The notes under the pieces: generated by a model
Seen by the model: only the letters and a program-made list of their open reading frames with translations
Database searches by the model: none
Told to the model about the DNA's origin: nothing
Part shown: piece after piece, positions 50,789 to 62,995 of the stretch
Numbering within the stretch: the stretch's first letter is position 1
How the letters are laid out: each line of letters starts with the position of its first letter
Assembly: GCF_006345805.1 (NCBI RefSeq)
Contig: NC_042998.1
Coordinates: forward strand, 97,092,001 to 97,156,000
From: Octopus sinensis
Lineage: Eukaryota
Direction of reading: 5' to 3'
DNA length: 64,000 bases
Position numbers and translations under genes: made by a program

Positions 50789-51486
50789 TATTTTAATAAT
50801 AATAGTAGGTAGCACATCTACAGAAAATAGCATTGCTTGAAACTGCATGAATACCTCGCAAAGTTCTTGAAATCTGAATGAAAAGTATTTAGTCTATTGG
50901 TTGTAGACAGCTGATGCTTTATTACATCTCTCAGTAAAGTTGCTGTGTTAAACAAGAACAACAGCAATAATAATTCTAATTATAAGCCTTGAAAGGATGA
51001 AAAGTAAAGCCAATCTTGGCAGAATTTAAACTCAGCACATGGTAGTAATTCTTTCAACTGTAGGCACAAGGCATAACTTAGCATTTTGACAAATATGGAT
51101 TGATAGATATGTATCAGGCTGAGTTTGATGTGGTTGACTAAGAGCCCTTGAAGGGCAGTGCCCTAGCATGGTTACAGTCCAATGAATGAAATCAGTAAAT
51201 GAATATATTCAAGTAAAAAAGCAAATATGTGAAAGAATATAAGAGAAAATTGAGTGAAGCAAGATTTCTCCATCTTATGTAGTATTCTTTATATCTACAA
51301 GTTTTTTGTTACATTATATATTTTCTATTCTGTTCTGGGTTAACCCTGTCATTTCTATATTTCTGTTGAAATACACTGTCTTAATTTTAATTAGTTCTGA
51401 AGAGATTGTAGAATTTTATAAAATCATTTTGTCTTTATTAAGGCTGAAAATTTTGAAGGAAAGTTTTAATTTTGATTACAGAAGGT

Positions 51487-53642
51487 GGTTAACTTCCAGT
51501 GTTTGACCCTAGCAAAAAAATGAAGAAAAAAATAGTGTAATAGGTGTAAAACAACATATAGTAAACAAATATGAAAAAAAAAATGCACACTGGCGAACAG
51601 GAGTGGGGGGAAACGACTCAGAAAATTCACATCAGGAGTGTTCTGAGTCCACTCACCATTTCTCCGTTCATTGGCGCAATGTTACCACTTGTCACAAAAA
51701 TGAAAAAAAAACAACAATAGTGTAAAAAGTGTAAAACAACATGTAAATGAATAAGGAAAAAAATGTGCACTGGCAAACGGGGTGGGAGAGAATACTCGGA
51801 AAATTCACATGATCAAAGTCACAGGGTCTACTGCATGGCACATTGGGCCATGCAGTGGAACTGAGCCCGGAATTGTGTGGTTGCGAAGAATATCCATTTT
51901 CTTGAGGGGAAAAAAATTGGGTCATGTGAATTGTCCTGCCCCCCCCCCTCCGTTTGCCAGTAAGTGTCCTCAACTATATAGCCTTGGGCTGGCCAACGTG
52001 TCCTGGAGGCTGAAGGTGGAATTTCAGAGGAAAAATTGTCTATGCTATTAATGAAGATGAAAACAAAAATTTGCACAGAAAATTTTTTCAATTCTGTCTT
52101 CTGCATGATGGTATTAACAGAAACAATTGCAATGTAGATGTTTGTAAGCCATTCAAGAACTCTCTCACACACACACACACACACAAAACCCTTTAGTTTC
52201 ACTGCAACATTTAAATCTCATTTCAATCTCAATATTTTCGTTACTTTGAAACCGAGACTTGTTCACTGACAAAACAGATGCAGCACAAATTTTTGTCAGG
52301 GTTTTTTCGTGGTTTCAAAGAATGAAAATATTTAGGCACAAATGAAATTTAAATGTTGCAGTGAAAGTAACGGTTTTTGTTGTTCAGGAATTGCTTACAA
52401 ATATCTTACATGCTGCAATCATCATCATCATCGTTTAGCATCCGTTTTCCTTGCTAGCATGGGTTGGACGGTTTGACCGGGGTCTGGGAAGCCATGAAGC
52501 TGCACCAGGCTCCAGTCTTATCTGGCAGTGTTTCTACAGCTGGATGTCCTTCCTAACACCAACCACTCTGTGAGTGTAGTGGGTGCTTTTTACATGCCAC
52601 TGGCACAGGGGCCAGAGGAGGCTGGCAACGGCGACGATCAGTTGGTGCTTTTTATGCACCACCAGCATGGACGCCAATCAAGGCGGCGCTGGCAACAGCC
52701 ACGTTCGGATGGTGCTTTTTATGTGCCACTGCCATGGGTATCAAAACTACAATTTCCATTATTCGCCCTTACCCTGCCCCTAATTACAAAACTTTCCACT
52801 GTTGACGGACAGTTCATGTTAATAAAATAAATTATCTGTAACATTCCTTTAAATTGCTACGAGAAAAAAAATTTACTAATAGAGAGTGATGTTATAGAAA
52901 TAATTATACTCTGTGCATTGTCCATTTCTCGGGTATAAACAACAAGTCCATTTCTGGTGGACCAGGACAATTCACACGATCCAATTTTTTCCCCTCAAGA
53001 AAATGGGATATTCTTCCCAACCACACGGTTCCGGGTTCAGTCCCACTGCATGGCACCTTGAGTAAACAAATTTTTCGAGTCCTCCCCCCATTCACCAGTG
53101 CGCATTTTTTTTTTTCATATTTGTTTACTACATGCTGTGTTTTACACTTATTACACTATTTTTTTTCATTTTTCTGACCGGGTGTTAGCATTGAGTTTTC
53201 GGATCCTGTGAGTTTGATCATGTGAATTTTCCAAGTTCTGTCCTCACCACCCACCTGTTCACCAGAGTGCATTTGTTTTTACACTATTTTAGTACACATT
53301 ATTTTACACCTATTGCACTTTTTCTTTTGGTAGTTGGGTGTCGAAGTCGGGTTACTGGACTGTGTGAATTCTCCAAGTCTGCACCCCACCCACCCCCATC
53401 ACAAAAATTGAAAACAAATAGTGTACTAGGTGTAAAATAATGCGTAGTAAACAAATATGAAGAAAAAATTGCGCCAACAAATGAGGAAATGGTGAGAGGA
53501 CTCGGAACACTCCCAATGTGAATTTTCCAAGTTGTCTCACCAGCGCACATGTTTTTTCATATTCACTTACTACATGTTGTTTTATACCTATTACACTATT
53601 TTTTTCCAGTTTTTTTCTTGTGTCAAACACTGGAGGTTAACC
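51487..53642. mobile_element. 2156-bp non-autonomous foldback DNA element, 8-bp TSD, Merlin-like termini
   Basis: CAGAAGGT|GGTTAACTTCCAGTGTTTGAC ... GTCAAACACTGGAGGTTAACC|CAGAAGGT; long imperfect arms with reiterated ~70-bp subunits; no transposase ORF seen. Confidence 0.85.
52418..52740 (-). mobile_element. RTE 3'-tail copy nested in the foldback element
   Basis: ATCATCATCATCGTTTAGCATCCGTTTTCCTTGCTAGCATGGGTTGGACGG.. Confidence 0.88.
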
Positions 53643-53802
53643 CAGAAGGTTTGTATCATAGAACAGAAATAGTCTTGAGCTGGTTGGTATCAACAAACTT
53701 AATTTAATATTTAATATGGGTTTTGTGGATTAACTTTCCTATATTTTCTCTCAACTAATCATCACTTTATTTACAATATTGTTTTTTTTTTAATAATTCT
53801 AG

Positions 53803-53940
53803 GATGGTGTTAATTGGCTGGGGTTTCTGAACAAATATAAATTACATGGTATTCTGTGTGATGATATGGGTCTTGGAAAAACATTGCAGTCTATATGTAT
53901 ATTGTCCTGTGATCATAATAGACGACTTGATGAATTTAAG
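53803..53940 (+). CDS. BTAF1: BTAF1 visible exon 26 (helicase motif I)
   Basis: ctag|GAT..AAG|gtgggt; [33 protein letters not shown]. Confidence 0.97.
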
Positions 53941-54346
53941 GTGGGTATGTGTGTACATTGTATTAGTGCTGTCATTATTTGTCATTTACACTATTTTTCA
54001 TATTTGTGATTTACACATTGGTCTATTTTTTTTTTTTTTTACATATGTTGACCATAGCTATTAGATAAGTGTTGTACTGATATTTTGCGAGCATAAAGTT
54101 TTTTTTATGCAAACTATATGAATCTTTGAGTTGTTTGGGAATCCTGGTTTTTTTTGTGAACTGGTGATTGTGTTTAAAGCTCATACACAACTATTTATTT
54201 TAAAGGGGAAGGGGACTTAATGAACAACAATTGGCTTTTGTCTGTAAATTTGTGAGGCCCTATGAAATTATATATTTTCAAGTATTGTGTATCTTTACAT
54301 ACATCATTATTTTTTGAAATGATTGTTTGGTTTTTATTTTCCATAG

Positions 54347-54498
54347 AAAACTGGTAGCCCTGATTGTGCCCACTTACCTTCAATAGTAGTTTGTCCTCCA
54401 ACTTTGACAGGTCATTGGATATATGAAATAGAGAAATTCATATCTTCCAAATATTTGAACCCTCTTCACTACACTGGACCACCTGGTGAAAGAGTAAG
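54347..54498 (+). CDS. BTAF1: BTAF1 visible exon 27 (motif Ia)
   Basis: catag|AAA..AG|gtaatg; LPSIVVCPPTLTGHWIYEIEKF..LHYTGPPGER. Confidence 0.96.
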
Positions 54499-54679
54499 GT
54501 AATGAAAGTTTCATGAACAATATATATATATATCAAGAAAGTCTGTTTAATTTTATTTAGCACATCAAAACTGTTATTAATTTGTTATATCTAGTAATTT
54601 TGATTCTTTAAAAAATGCTTAGTATCTGGAAACTGTTAAAGTGTTAAATACTTCAGGATTATATATATTTCTTTTTCAG

Positions 54680-54757
54680 ATTACAAAAACTTGTGAAAAA
54701 ACATAACCTTGTAGTAGTGTCTTATGACATTGTCAGAAATGATATAGACTTTTTTGG
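54680..54757 (+). CDS. BTAF1: BTAF1 visible exon 28
   Basis: ttcag|A..GG|gtaaga; HNLVVVSYDIVRNDIDFF. Confidence 0.95.
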
Positions 54758-55175
54758 GTAAGAAAAATAATTTTCCTTTTATCATCATCACCATCATCAT
54801 CATATTTAACATCTGTCTTTTTTGCTGGCATAATTCAGACAATTTCAGTGATTCAGTTCATCAGGTGACTGTATTGTGCTCCAATGTCTGCTTTGGTATT
54901 AACTAATGCAAAACTTATCATTAATACACTTCTGATAAGTATTGAAATGTTTGCATAAATATTAAAATATGGAATAGTATTTGTTTCACTGTTGGTATAG
55001 CACTGTATATGTATATCTATGCTGACTGTTAATATTCTTTTGTTTTAAATCTTTTACTGGTTTGTCATTAGGTTGTAGTCTTTTTGAGGTACCACCTCTA
55101 GAGGTTCAAACTATTATATAATGTGAATAGCATAGGAATATAATGCATAACAATGTGGATATTTTATATCAGATA

Positions 55176-55224
<49 letters not shown>

Positions 55225-55756
55225 TGTTCTTATTATTTCTTTACTAATACCTTTTTTTAAACTTTTTCTTTATTCTTTTTACTTATATTTTGTGAGTTGA
55301 ACAATCATTTGTAATTGATACTAGGCTTTCCTGGCTGTGGAAATTTTGAAAGATCCTTACTTTCATTTTTCAATGTTGCTCAAGTGCTTCAGAATGGGCC
55401 CAAATTACATTTTTGTTTATCCCTCAAGTAATTTTTGATGTAATTTAGGTTTGATTTCTCTCAGTACAATTTGTTTTGGTGTACCACTACTATCTACCTC
55501 ACTGCATGAAAGAATTAGTGAACCTTGACTGATATACAAATTTAGAACCATAGGGAGTGAACTTGAAATCAGCAATCTCAGAAAAGCTCATTAGCATAGT
55601 TATTGATTTAAAAGAAATTGTTCTTCATTAATTATTGAATGAGTTTTTTTAAAATCGTATTTAACTTGTAATTTGTATTTAACAAAGTATTCTTGTGAAA
55701 TAGGAAATTTAATTTGAATTATTTAAAAAAAAAAAGTATCATCTATGATTTTCCAG

Positions 55757-55820
55757 GTCAATTCATTGGAATTACTGCATTCTTGATGAAGGTCACATGA
55801 TCAAGAATGGTAAAACCAAG
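55757..55820 (+). CDS. BTAF1: BTAF1 visible exon 29 (motif II, DEGH)
   Basis: tccag|G..AAG|gtaaga; WNYCILDEGHMIKNGKTK. Confidence 0.97.
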
Positions 55821-55893
55821 GTAAGATATATTTTTTTCTAATGGAATTATAATAGAACTATTTTTTAGCTAATCTTTACTTGGTATTTTAATT

Positions 55894-56170
55894 CATCATC
55901 ATTCATCATCATCATTTAATGTCTGTTCTCCATGCTGGCATGGGTTGGATGACTTGACCAGAGCTGGCAATCTGGGGAGCTGTACCAAACTCCAATCTGA
56001 TTTGGCATGGTTTCTACAGCTGGATGCCCTTCCTAACACTATTCACTTTACAGAGTGTGCTGGTCTATGCTGGGTGCTTTTATGTGATACCACATGGACG
56101 CTTTTATGTTGCACTGCTCGGGTGCTTTTACATTGCACCAAACAGGTGCTTTTAATTGGCACCGTACAAG
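55894..56170 (-). mobile_element. RTE 3'-tail copy
   Basis: CATCATCATTTAATGTCTG..CAGCTGGATGCCCTTCCTAAC. Confidence 0.85.
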
Positions 56171-56547
56171 TGATTTACACCACCAGAGGGACCAGTCTTA
56201 ACACTCCTGCTGCAGAGTACAGATCTTCCTGAGTTTTTTTATAGAATAATGATTAGGCACAAATTAATTTTTTGTTGAAGGAGCATTATCCATTAAATAA
56301 TTGGCACTTCATCATCATCATCACCTCCATCATCATAATAATAATGTCTACTTTTCTATGTTTGTGTGGGTTACTTGAGAATATGTTGGGGCAGTGGGCA
56401 GTTTGCCGTAGCTGGATATCCAATATTGTTGCCAACCCCCACCTGTTTCTAAGCGAGGTAATAATCTCCCAAGAAGACAGCATCATCATTATTTAATGTC
56501 CATTTTCCATGCTGGCAATGGTTGGATCTGTCTAGAATAAAACTTAT

Positions 56548-56894
56548 TTTCTACTTATTTTAGTCATTAAATTGCGGCCATGCTGGGGCACAGCCTTGAA
56601 GAATTTTTAGTCGAACGAATCGACCCTGGTATTTTTTTTAATGCCTGGTACTTATTCTGTTGGTCTCTTTTGCCAAACCACTAAGTTATGGGGACTTAAA
56701 CAAACTAACGCTGTTTGTCAAGTAGTGGTGGGGGACAAACATACACGACAGGCTTTCAGTTTCCATCTACGAAATCCACTCATAAGGCTTTGGTTGTCCT
56801 CAGGCTTTAGTAGAAAACACTCGTACAAAGTACTATGCAGTAGAACCATGTAATTGGGAAGCAAGCTTCTTACCACACAGCCACACATGTGCCT
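56548..56894 (-). mobile_element. tRNA-derived SINE, tail type A
   Basis: Homologous to 15055-15478. Confidence 0.8.
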
Positions 56895-57089
56895 ATGCTG
56901 GAATACGCTTCCTAAACCAACTACCAACTATTCTACATAATGTACTGGGAGCATTTGGATTTATTAATTTCCCTAGTCATATTGGTCAATGAAGAAAAAT
57001 GTAATTCAAGGTTTATTAGATGATTACTTAAGGTCTTAAGTATTTTAGATGTCTATGCTGTGACTACGAAGACCCGGTAGATAAAGTAA

Positions 57090-57503
57090 GTTCATGGCTG
57101 TATCCTACACCAGCTTCGCATAACCAGCCCCAGCTCATTCAAAAGTACCTTGGATCGTAGGGCGACCTGCTGTGCTTGAGGAGACCTAGTGAGTTAAGTA
57201 CATCAATATCAAAATGAAAAACAAATGGAAATTGTAGTTATGATACCTGTGCTTGTGGCATGTAAAAAGCACCATCTGAATGTGGCCAATGCCAGCACCA
57301 CCTTGACTGGCTTCCATGCCGGTGGCACATAAAAAGCACCCACTACACTCATGGAGTGGTTGGCGTTAGGAAAGGCATCCAGCTGTAGAAACACTGCCAG
57401 ATCAGACTGGAGCCTGGTGCAGCCTCCTGGCTTCCCAGACCCCAGTCGAACCGTCCAACCCATGCTAGCATGGAAAACGGATGTTAAACGATGATGATGA
57501 TGA
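57090..57503 (+). mobile_element. RTE 3'UTR/tail copy
   Basis: GGAGTGGTTGGCGTTAGGAAAGGCATCCAGCTGTAGAAAC..GGAAAACGGATGTTAAACGATGATGATGAT. Confidence 0.88.
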
Positions 57504-58439
57504 TATATTAGCAGATTTAAATGAAATTTTGGAATAATCATTTTGTGTTCCAAGTAAGAAAAGAGCATAACAACAATAAAGCTTTTCACTATTCCTATTT
57601 AGTAAGGCATGGAAACCAGGATACACCGAGTATTCATGTCATAGGTCTAGTTGAACAGAGATAACTATTAAACAGACACCATTATTGTGTATTGAATGTT
57701 GTTGAGAGTTCATCAGTTTGGCCGTATCATGGTTTTCCTGTTGTGCCCTAAAACCCATATTAAAGTACCAATCACCTTGTTGGAATGTATATTTTTCATT
57801 ATCATCATCTTCAACATTATTTAATGCCTATGTTCCATGCTGACATGGGCTGGACTGTTTAACAGGAACTGATACATCCAAGGACTGCTTCAGTCTTCAG
57901 TGACTGCTTTAGCATGCTTTTTGCAGTGGGATGGCCTTCCTAATGTCAACTGCTTTACCACATGAACCGGGTGCTTTTCTCATGTCACCTGCACTATTGA
58001 CATTGCCATGCAGTTCGCAGCAGGACTACAAGCCCTGGAGTAGATGGCGGGGTGGGGTCAGCTGCATGCAAAGAGAAGGGAGGCAGAGCAGCTCTCTGCA
58101 GAGGGATCTGTGTGGCTACTTACACCTTGTATGAAAAAAAAAGTGAGAAGAGGCAATGATCAGCAGGAGCTGCAAGACAGGTAATGGTGATAAGGTGCCC
58201 AAGTTGCCCCACAATGCACAAGCTGGGTAGAAGTGGGTAGGTGGGTGATTTGTAAGATTGTATAGGAAAGAGAATGAGAAAGACTGCCAAAATGGATAGA
58301 GTTGAAGGGAGAATGAGAGAGGGAGGTAGTAGCAGAAGTAGTAAAGGATGAGAGTGAGTGAGGGGAAGAGGTAGATGTAGTGCATGAGAAGGAGTCACTG
58401 TTATGGTTGGAGGACACAAAAAATAGCACTTTCAGGACT

Positions 58440-58890
58440 CAGTCTTGCAGATGTGGGCGAGTCTTTTTGAGAATCCCATATTGGCAGAGATCCTGGTCCT
58501 TTTTCATCTCATCTGTCAGGCTCAAAGGTCCTGAGGTCAACTTTCACTACTTCATCCCATGTCTTCCTGGGTCTTCCTCTTCAGCAAATTCCAGCCATAT
58601 TAAGCAAACAGCACTTCTTTATACAGCTCGCCTCATTTGTACACATCACATGACCATATCAGCTCAGACTTCTTTTTTGAACATATCTGATTCCTCTTAA
58701 ACTGTGCTAAGCACTTCTGTGCTAATTCTTTCACAGGCACTCACATTAAATATCCAACAAAGAATGCTCACTTCATTTTCAGTCTTCTTAAGTCTTCTCC
58801 ATTCACGGTCCATGTCTCACTGCCATGCAGCATTGCAGTTCTAACACAAGCATCATACAAACTACACTTTACTCTTAGGGAAATAAATAC
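58440..58890 (-). pseudogene. RTE RT C-terminal fragment (different subfamily)
   Basis: Reverse strand SLRVKCSLYDACVRTAMLHGSETWTV..WYGHVM..GRPRKTWDEVVKVDL. Confidence 0.8.
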
Positions 58891-58912
58891 ATATACACCT
58901 TGCTCTCTATTT

Positions 58913-59318
58913 ATCTTTTACCTTTTACTTGTTTCAGTCACTTGACTATGGCCATGCTTGGGTACCACTTTGAGGAATTTTTAATTGAATGAATTGTTCC
59001 CAGTACTTATTTTTTGTTAAGCTTGGTATCTATTTTATTGGTCTTTTTTGCCGAACTGCTAAGTTATGGGTATGTAAACACTGGTTATCTAGTAGTAGTG
59101 GGGGACAAACACAGACACGAAGACACAAATACATAGACATTATACACACACACACGCACATGATAGGCTTCTTTCAGTTTCCATCTACCAAATCTACTCA
59201 CAAGGCTTTGGTCAGCCTGAAGCTATAATAGATGACACTTGCCTGAGGTGCCATGCAATGGGACTGAACGTGGAACCATGTGATTGGGAAATAAGCTTTT
59301 TACCACAGAGTCACACCT
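58913..59318 (-). mobile_element. tRNA-derived SINE, tail type A
   Basis: Homologous to 15055-15478, with (CA)n hinge. Confidence 0.85.
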
Positions 59319-59389
59319 ATGCTTATTCATTAAATAATTTGTACAAGTATCAGTAAAATATTGAAGTGCATCAATTTCTCTATCTTCAG

Positions 59390-59597
59390 CTGTCCAAAGC
59401 AGTGAAACAGCTATGTTGCAACCACCGGCTCATTCTGTCAGGAACACCAATTCAAAATAATGTGCTTGACTTGTGGTCTCTTTTTGATTTTCTCATGCCT
59501 GGCTTTTTGGGTACAGAAAAACAATTTCAAGCACGTTATGGAAAACCAATTTTACAAAGTAGAGATGCAAAGAGCACATCTAAGGAACAAGAAGCAG
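59390..59597 (+). CDS. BTAF1: BTAF1 visible exon 30 (motif III)
   Basis: ttcag|CTG..G|gtatat; HRLILSGTPIQNNVLDLWSLFDFLMPGFLGTEKQF. Confidence 0.97.
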
Positions 59598-59805
59598 GTA
59601 TATATATATATATATATATGTATATTTTCTGACAATCTATTTTTTTCTTGATATTACTCCCTATACCTGTTTTGGAAAAGTGAATAATTTTATTTCTTTA
59701 TTTTTGATGTCATAGTTATACTATGAATTGTAAATTGTATATTTTGTTTATATTTTTGTTGTCAGTTTTCCTAATATTGGTTTTAAGTATTTTTTCTTGT
59801 GTGTT

Positions 59806-61006
59806 ATCATCGTTTAACGTCCACTTTCCATGCTAGCATGGGTTGGACGATTTGACTGAGGTCCAGTGAACCAGATGGCTGCATCAGGCTCCAATCTGAT
59901 CGGGCAGTGTTTCTACAGCTGGATGCCCTTCCTAATGCCAACCACTCAAAGAGTGTGGTTGGTGCTTTTACGTGCTACCTCCATGAAGGCCAGTCAGGCA
60001 GTATTGGCAATGGCCACGCTCAAATGGTGTTTTTTATGTGCCACCTGCACAGGAGCCAGTCCAGCGCCACTAGCAATGATCTTGCTCGAATGTTTTTTCA
60101 CGTGCCACCAGCACAAGTGCTAGTAAAGCGACACTGGTAACAATCACGCTCAAATGATGCTTTTTACGTGCACGGAAGCCAGTTTGTTGCTCTGGCAACA
60201 ATTACGCTCCACTAGCATGGATGCCAGTCATTGAATTTGATTTCGATTTCACTTGCTTCAACAGGTCTTCACGAGCAGAGTTTAGTGTCCAATGAAGGAA
60301 AGGTATGCATAAGTGGGCTGGTTACACCCCTGGCATAGGCCACGATGTTATGGTCTCACTTGGCTTGCCGAGTCTTCTCAAGCACAGCATATTTCCAAAG
60401 GTCCCAGTCACTAGTCATTGCCTCAGTGAGGCCCAATATTTGAAGGTCATGCTTCACCACCTCATCCCAGGTCTTCCTGGGTCTGCCTTTTCCACAGGTT
60501 CCCTCAACTGTTAGGGTGTGGCACTTTTTCACACAGCTATCCTCATCCGTTCTCGCAACATGACCATACCAGCACAGTCGTCTCTCTTACACACCACATC
60601 TGATGCTTCTTAGGTCCAACTTTTCTCTCAAAGTACTTACACTCTGTCGAGTATGCACACTGACATTACACATCCATCGGAGCATACTGGCTTCATTCCT
60701 TGCGAGCTTACGCATGTCCTCAGCAGTCACAGCCCATGTTTCACTACACTGTAGCATGGCTGTTCGCATACATGTTGCCTGGCTGAGTGGGAGGCCCTTT
60801 GTCACCAGCAGAGGTAAGAGCTCTCTGAACTTTGCTCAGGCTATTCTTATCCTAGCAGCTACACTTTCAGCGCACCCTCCCCTGCTACTGACTTGGTCAC
60901 CTAGGTAATGGAAGCTATCAACTACTTCTAGTTTTTCTCCCTGGAGTGTGGCGGAAGTTGTTCTCTGCATATTTTCAGTGTTTATTGCTCCTGAGCATCT
61001 GCCACT
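59806..61006 (-). mobile_element. 5'-truncated RTE LINE, second long copy
   Basis: Close match to 10893-11929; extends to GEKLEVVDSFHYLGDQVSSRGGCAESVAARIRIAWAKFRELL. Confidence 0.92.
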
Positions 61007-61971
61007 GTTTTTTTAAATTTAAATTTTTAATAAGGTTTAATAAAAAATAACTAATTAATCAATAATGTATCCACCCTTGTTATTTACAACTTCTTCCCAA
61101 CGTTCAACAAGATTTTCAATACCTCATTAGTAGAGATCGAAAGAGGTAGAAATCCATTGGTGCCAAATCAGGAGAGTATGGTGGGTGTGGCAGCACTTTC
61201 CAGCCATGTGTTTGAATGACTTCCTTGGTCATATTGGCGATATGAGGGCGGATGTTGTGCAGCAGAAGAACTCCATGCTGCCGATTAGACATTTTCTCTT
61301 GAATAGCCGTGTTGAGTCATTCCATTTGTTCTGCATTGACCGTTTGGTTCCATTTAAGCAATTCATAATGGATAATCCCTTCCCAGTTCCACCATACGCA
61401 CAACATCGTTTTATGTGGATGAAGATCTTGTTTCATGCGTAGTGTCACTTGTTTACTGGGGCTAAGCCATTCCTTACGCTGCTTCATATTGATGTACAGG
61501 CACCATTTTTCATCACCAGTAACAATTCAGTACAGAAATCATTGTTTGTGTCCATGTGTTGATCAGTGATGAGCAAGCAAATCAGCGGATATTTGTGGCT
61601 CGTTGACTTTTGTTGTTATTACTTAAAGCATGCGGAACCTATGCTCCATACTTCTGAACTTTTACCATTGAGTAAAGATGCTTCTCTATAGTAGTGTGGG
61701 AGCATTCCATTTTCTCTGCCAGTTCCCCTGTCATTTGAACTCAACTGGACAGCCAGAACGAGGTGTGTCTCTGAGGTCAAAATTTCCATTTTTGAACTTG
61801 ACATGCCAATCACGAGTGGTTCTTTCAGCTATGGCACCCTCTCCTTACACAGCACAAATGTCATGAGCAGTTTTGCGGCCTTAGAATCTTGATTAAGAGC
61901 AAAAAGAAGGAGGTGTCAGATGCTCATTCCAAAATTTTAAAAAATGATGCGAACTAAATGCCAACCCAATA
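61007..61971 (-). mobile_element. Mariner (D,D34D-type) transposon remnant, internally deleted
   Basis: One intact end TA|TTGGGTTGGCATTTAG. Reverse translation gives VPHAL, IVTGDEKW, MLCVWWNWEGIIHYEL and HPPYSPDLAP. The other TIR is not recognisable. Confidence 0.9.
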
Positions 61972-62065
61972 TATTTCTGTTAGCTTTTTGTTGCTGTTAC
62001 AAAATATTTCATTTGTAGATAAAGAAATTGTATAACTATGTTTTTTTGTCTCTTTCCTTTTACAG

Positions 62066-62196
62066 GAGCTTTAGCAATGGAATCTCTTCACCGGCAGGTA
62101 TTACCATTTATATTACGCAGATTAAAGGATGATGTGCTACAAGATTTACCTCCCAAAATTATGCAGGACTATTATTGTGATTTAAGCCCATTACAG
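62066..62196 (+). CDS. BTAF1: BTAF1 visible exon 31
   Basis: tacag|GA..CAG|gttaag; ALAMESLHRQVLPFILRRLKDDVLQDLPPKIMQDYYCDLSPLQ. Confidence 0.97.
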
Positions 62197-62299
62197 GTTA
62201 AGATAATTTTTAATGCTTTTTAAACTCGTTTTAATTCCATTCTGTTAGTGAAATATTCGGTTTTTTTATTCTAATTTCTCTGAAATTCTTTGAATGCAG

Positions 62300-62455
62300 G
62301 TAAAACTGTATGAAGACTTTACACGTTCCCATGCCAAAAAGAATGTTGAAAAAAGCGTGTATTCTTTAGATGAAGAATCAACAAATAATACAAAGTTAAA
62401 TAATACTTCAACACAATCACAGAAACCTAACCAAGGTACAACTCACATCTTCCAG
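62300..62455 (+). CDS. BTAF1: BTAF1 visible exon 32
   Basis: tgcag|GTA..CAG|gtaaag; VKLYEDFTRS..GTTHIFQ. Confidence 0.94.
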
Positions 62456-62544
62456 GTAAAGATACTTTTTGTTTATTCAGCTTTGTTTTTATACTATTTA
62501 ATTTCGTATCAATGGAGAGCTGTAAATTTATATAAAGTGTGGTT

Positions 62545-62945
62545 GTCATCATCATACGTCCATTGTGCATGCTGGCATGAGTTGGACTGTTTGACTGGGC
62601 TGGTATGCTGGAAGGCTGCACCAGACTCCAGTCTGATTTGGCATGTTTAGTTATGGCTGGATGTCCTTCCTAATGCTAACCACTCCGAGAGTGTAATTGG
62701 TGTTTTTACATGCCACTGGCATGATACCAAAGTGCTTTTACATGCCAGTTTGCATGATACCGGTTGTAATCAAGGTAATAATAATCATCATTATCATCAT
62801 CATTTAACTTCCTCCTTCCATACTGGCATGGCTTGGACAGTTTGACAACAGCTGGCCAAGCTGGAGACTGTCATGTTTCTGTTTTGGCATGGTTTTACGA
62901 CTGGATGCCCTTCTTAACCCCAACCACTCCACAGAGCAGGCTGAA
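62545..62945 (-). mobile_element. Two adjacent RTE 3'-tail copies
   Basis: Tails begin at about 62545 and 62790, each CATCAT..CCATGCTGGCATG..GGATG(T/C)CCTTC. Confidence 0.8.
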
Positions 62946-62995
62946 TGCTTTAATAATTCATTTCCTTTGATTTACACATATTTGTTTTTCCTTAA

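Noticed and set aside
51487-53642. Reiterated ~70-bp units as a CRISPR-like or Helitron array
   Set aside because: Units are irregular, occur in both orientations, lack uniform unique spacers and sit within TIRs with a TSD. A foldback DNA transposon explains them.
62294-62650. ORF-track proteins extending beyond exon ends (also 46927-47205, 50347-50610, 63452-63709)
   Set aside because: Read-through into intron or repeat sequence; similarity to BTAF1 stops at canonical donors.
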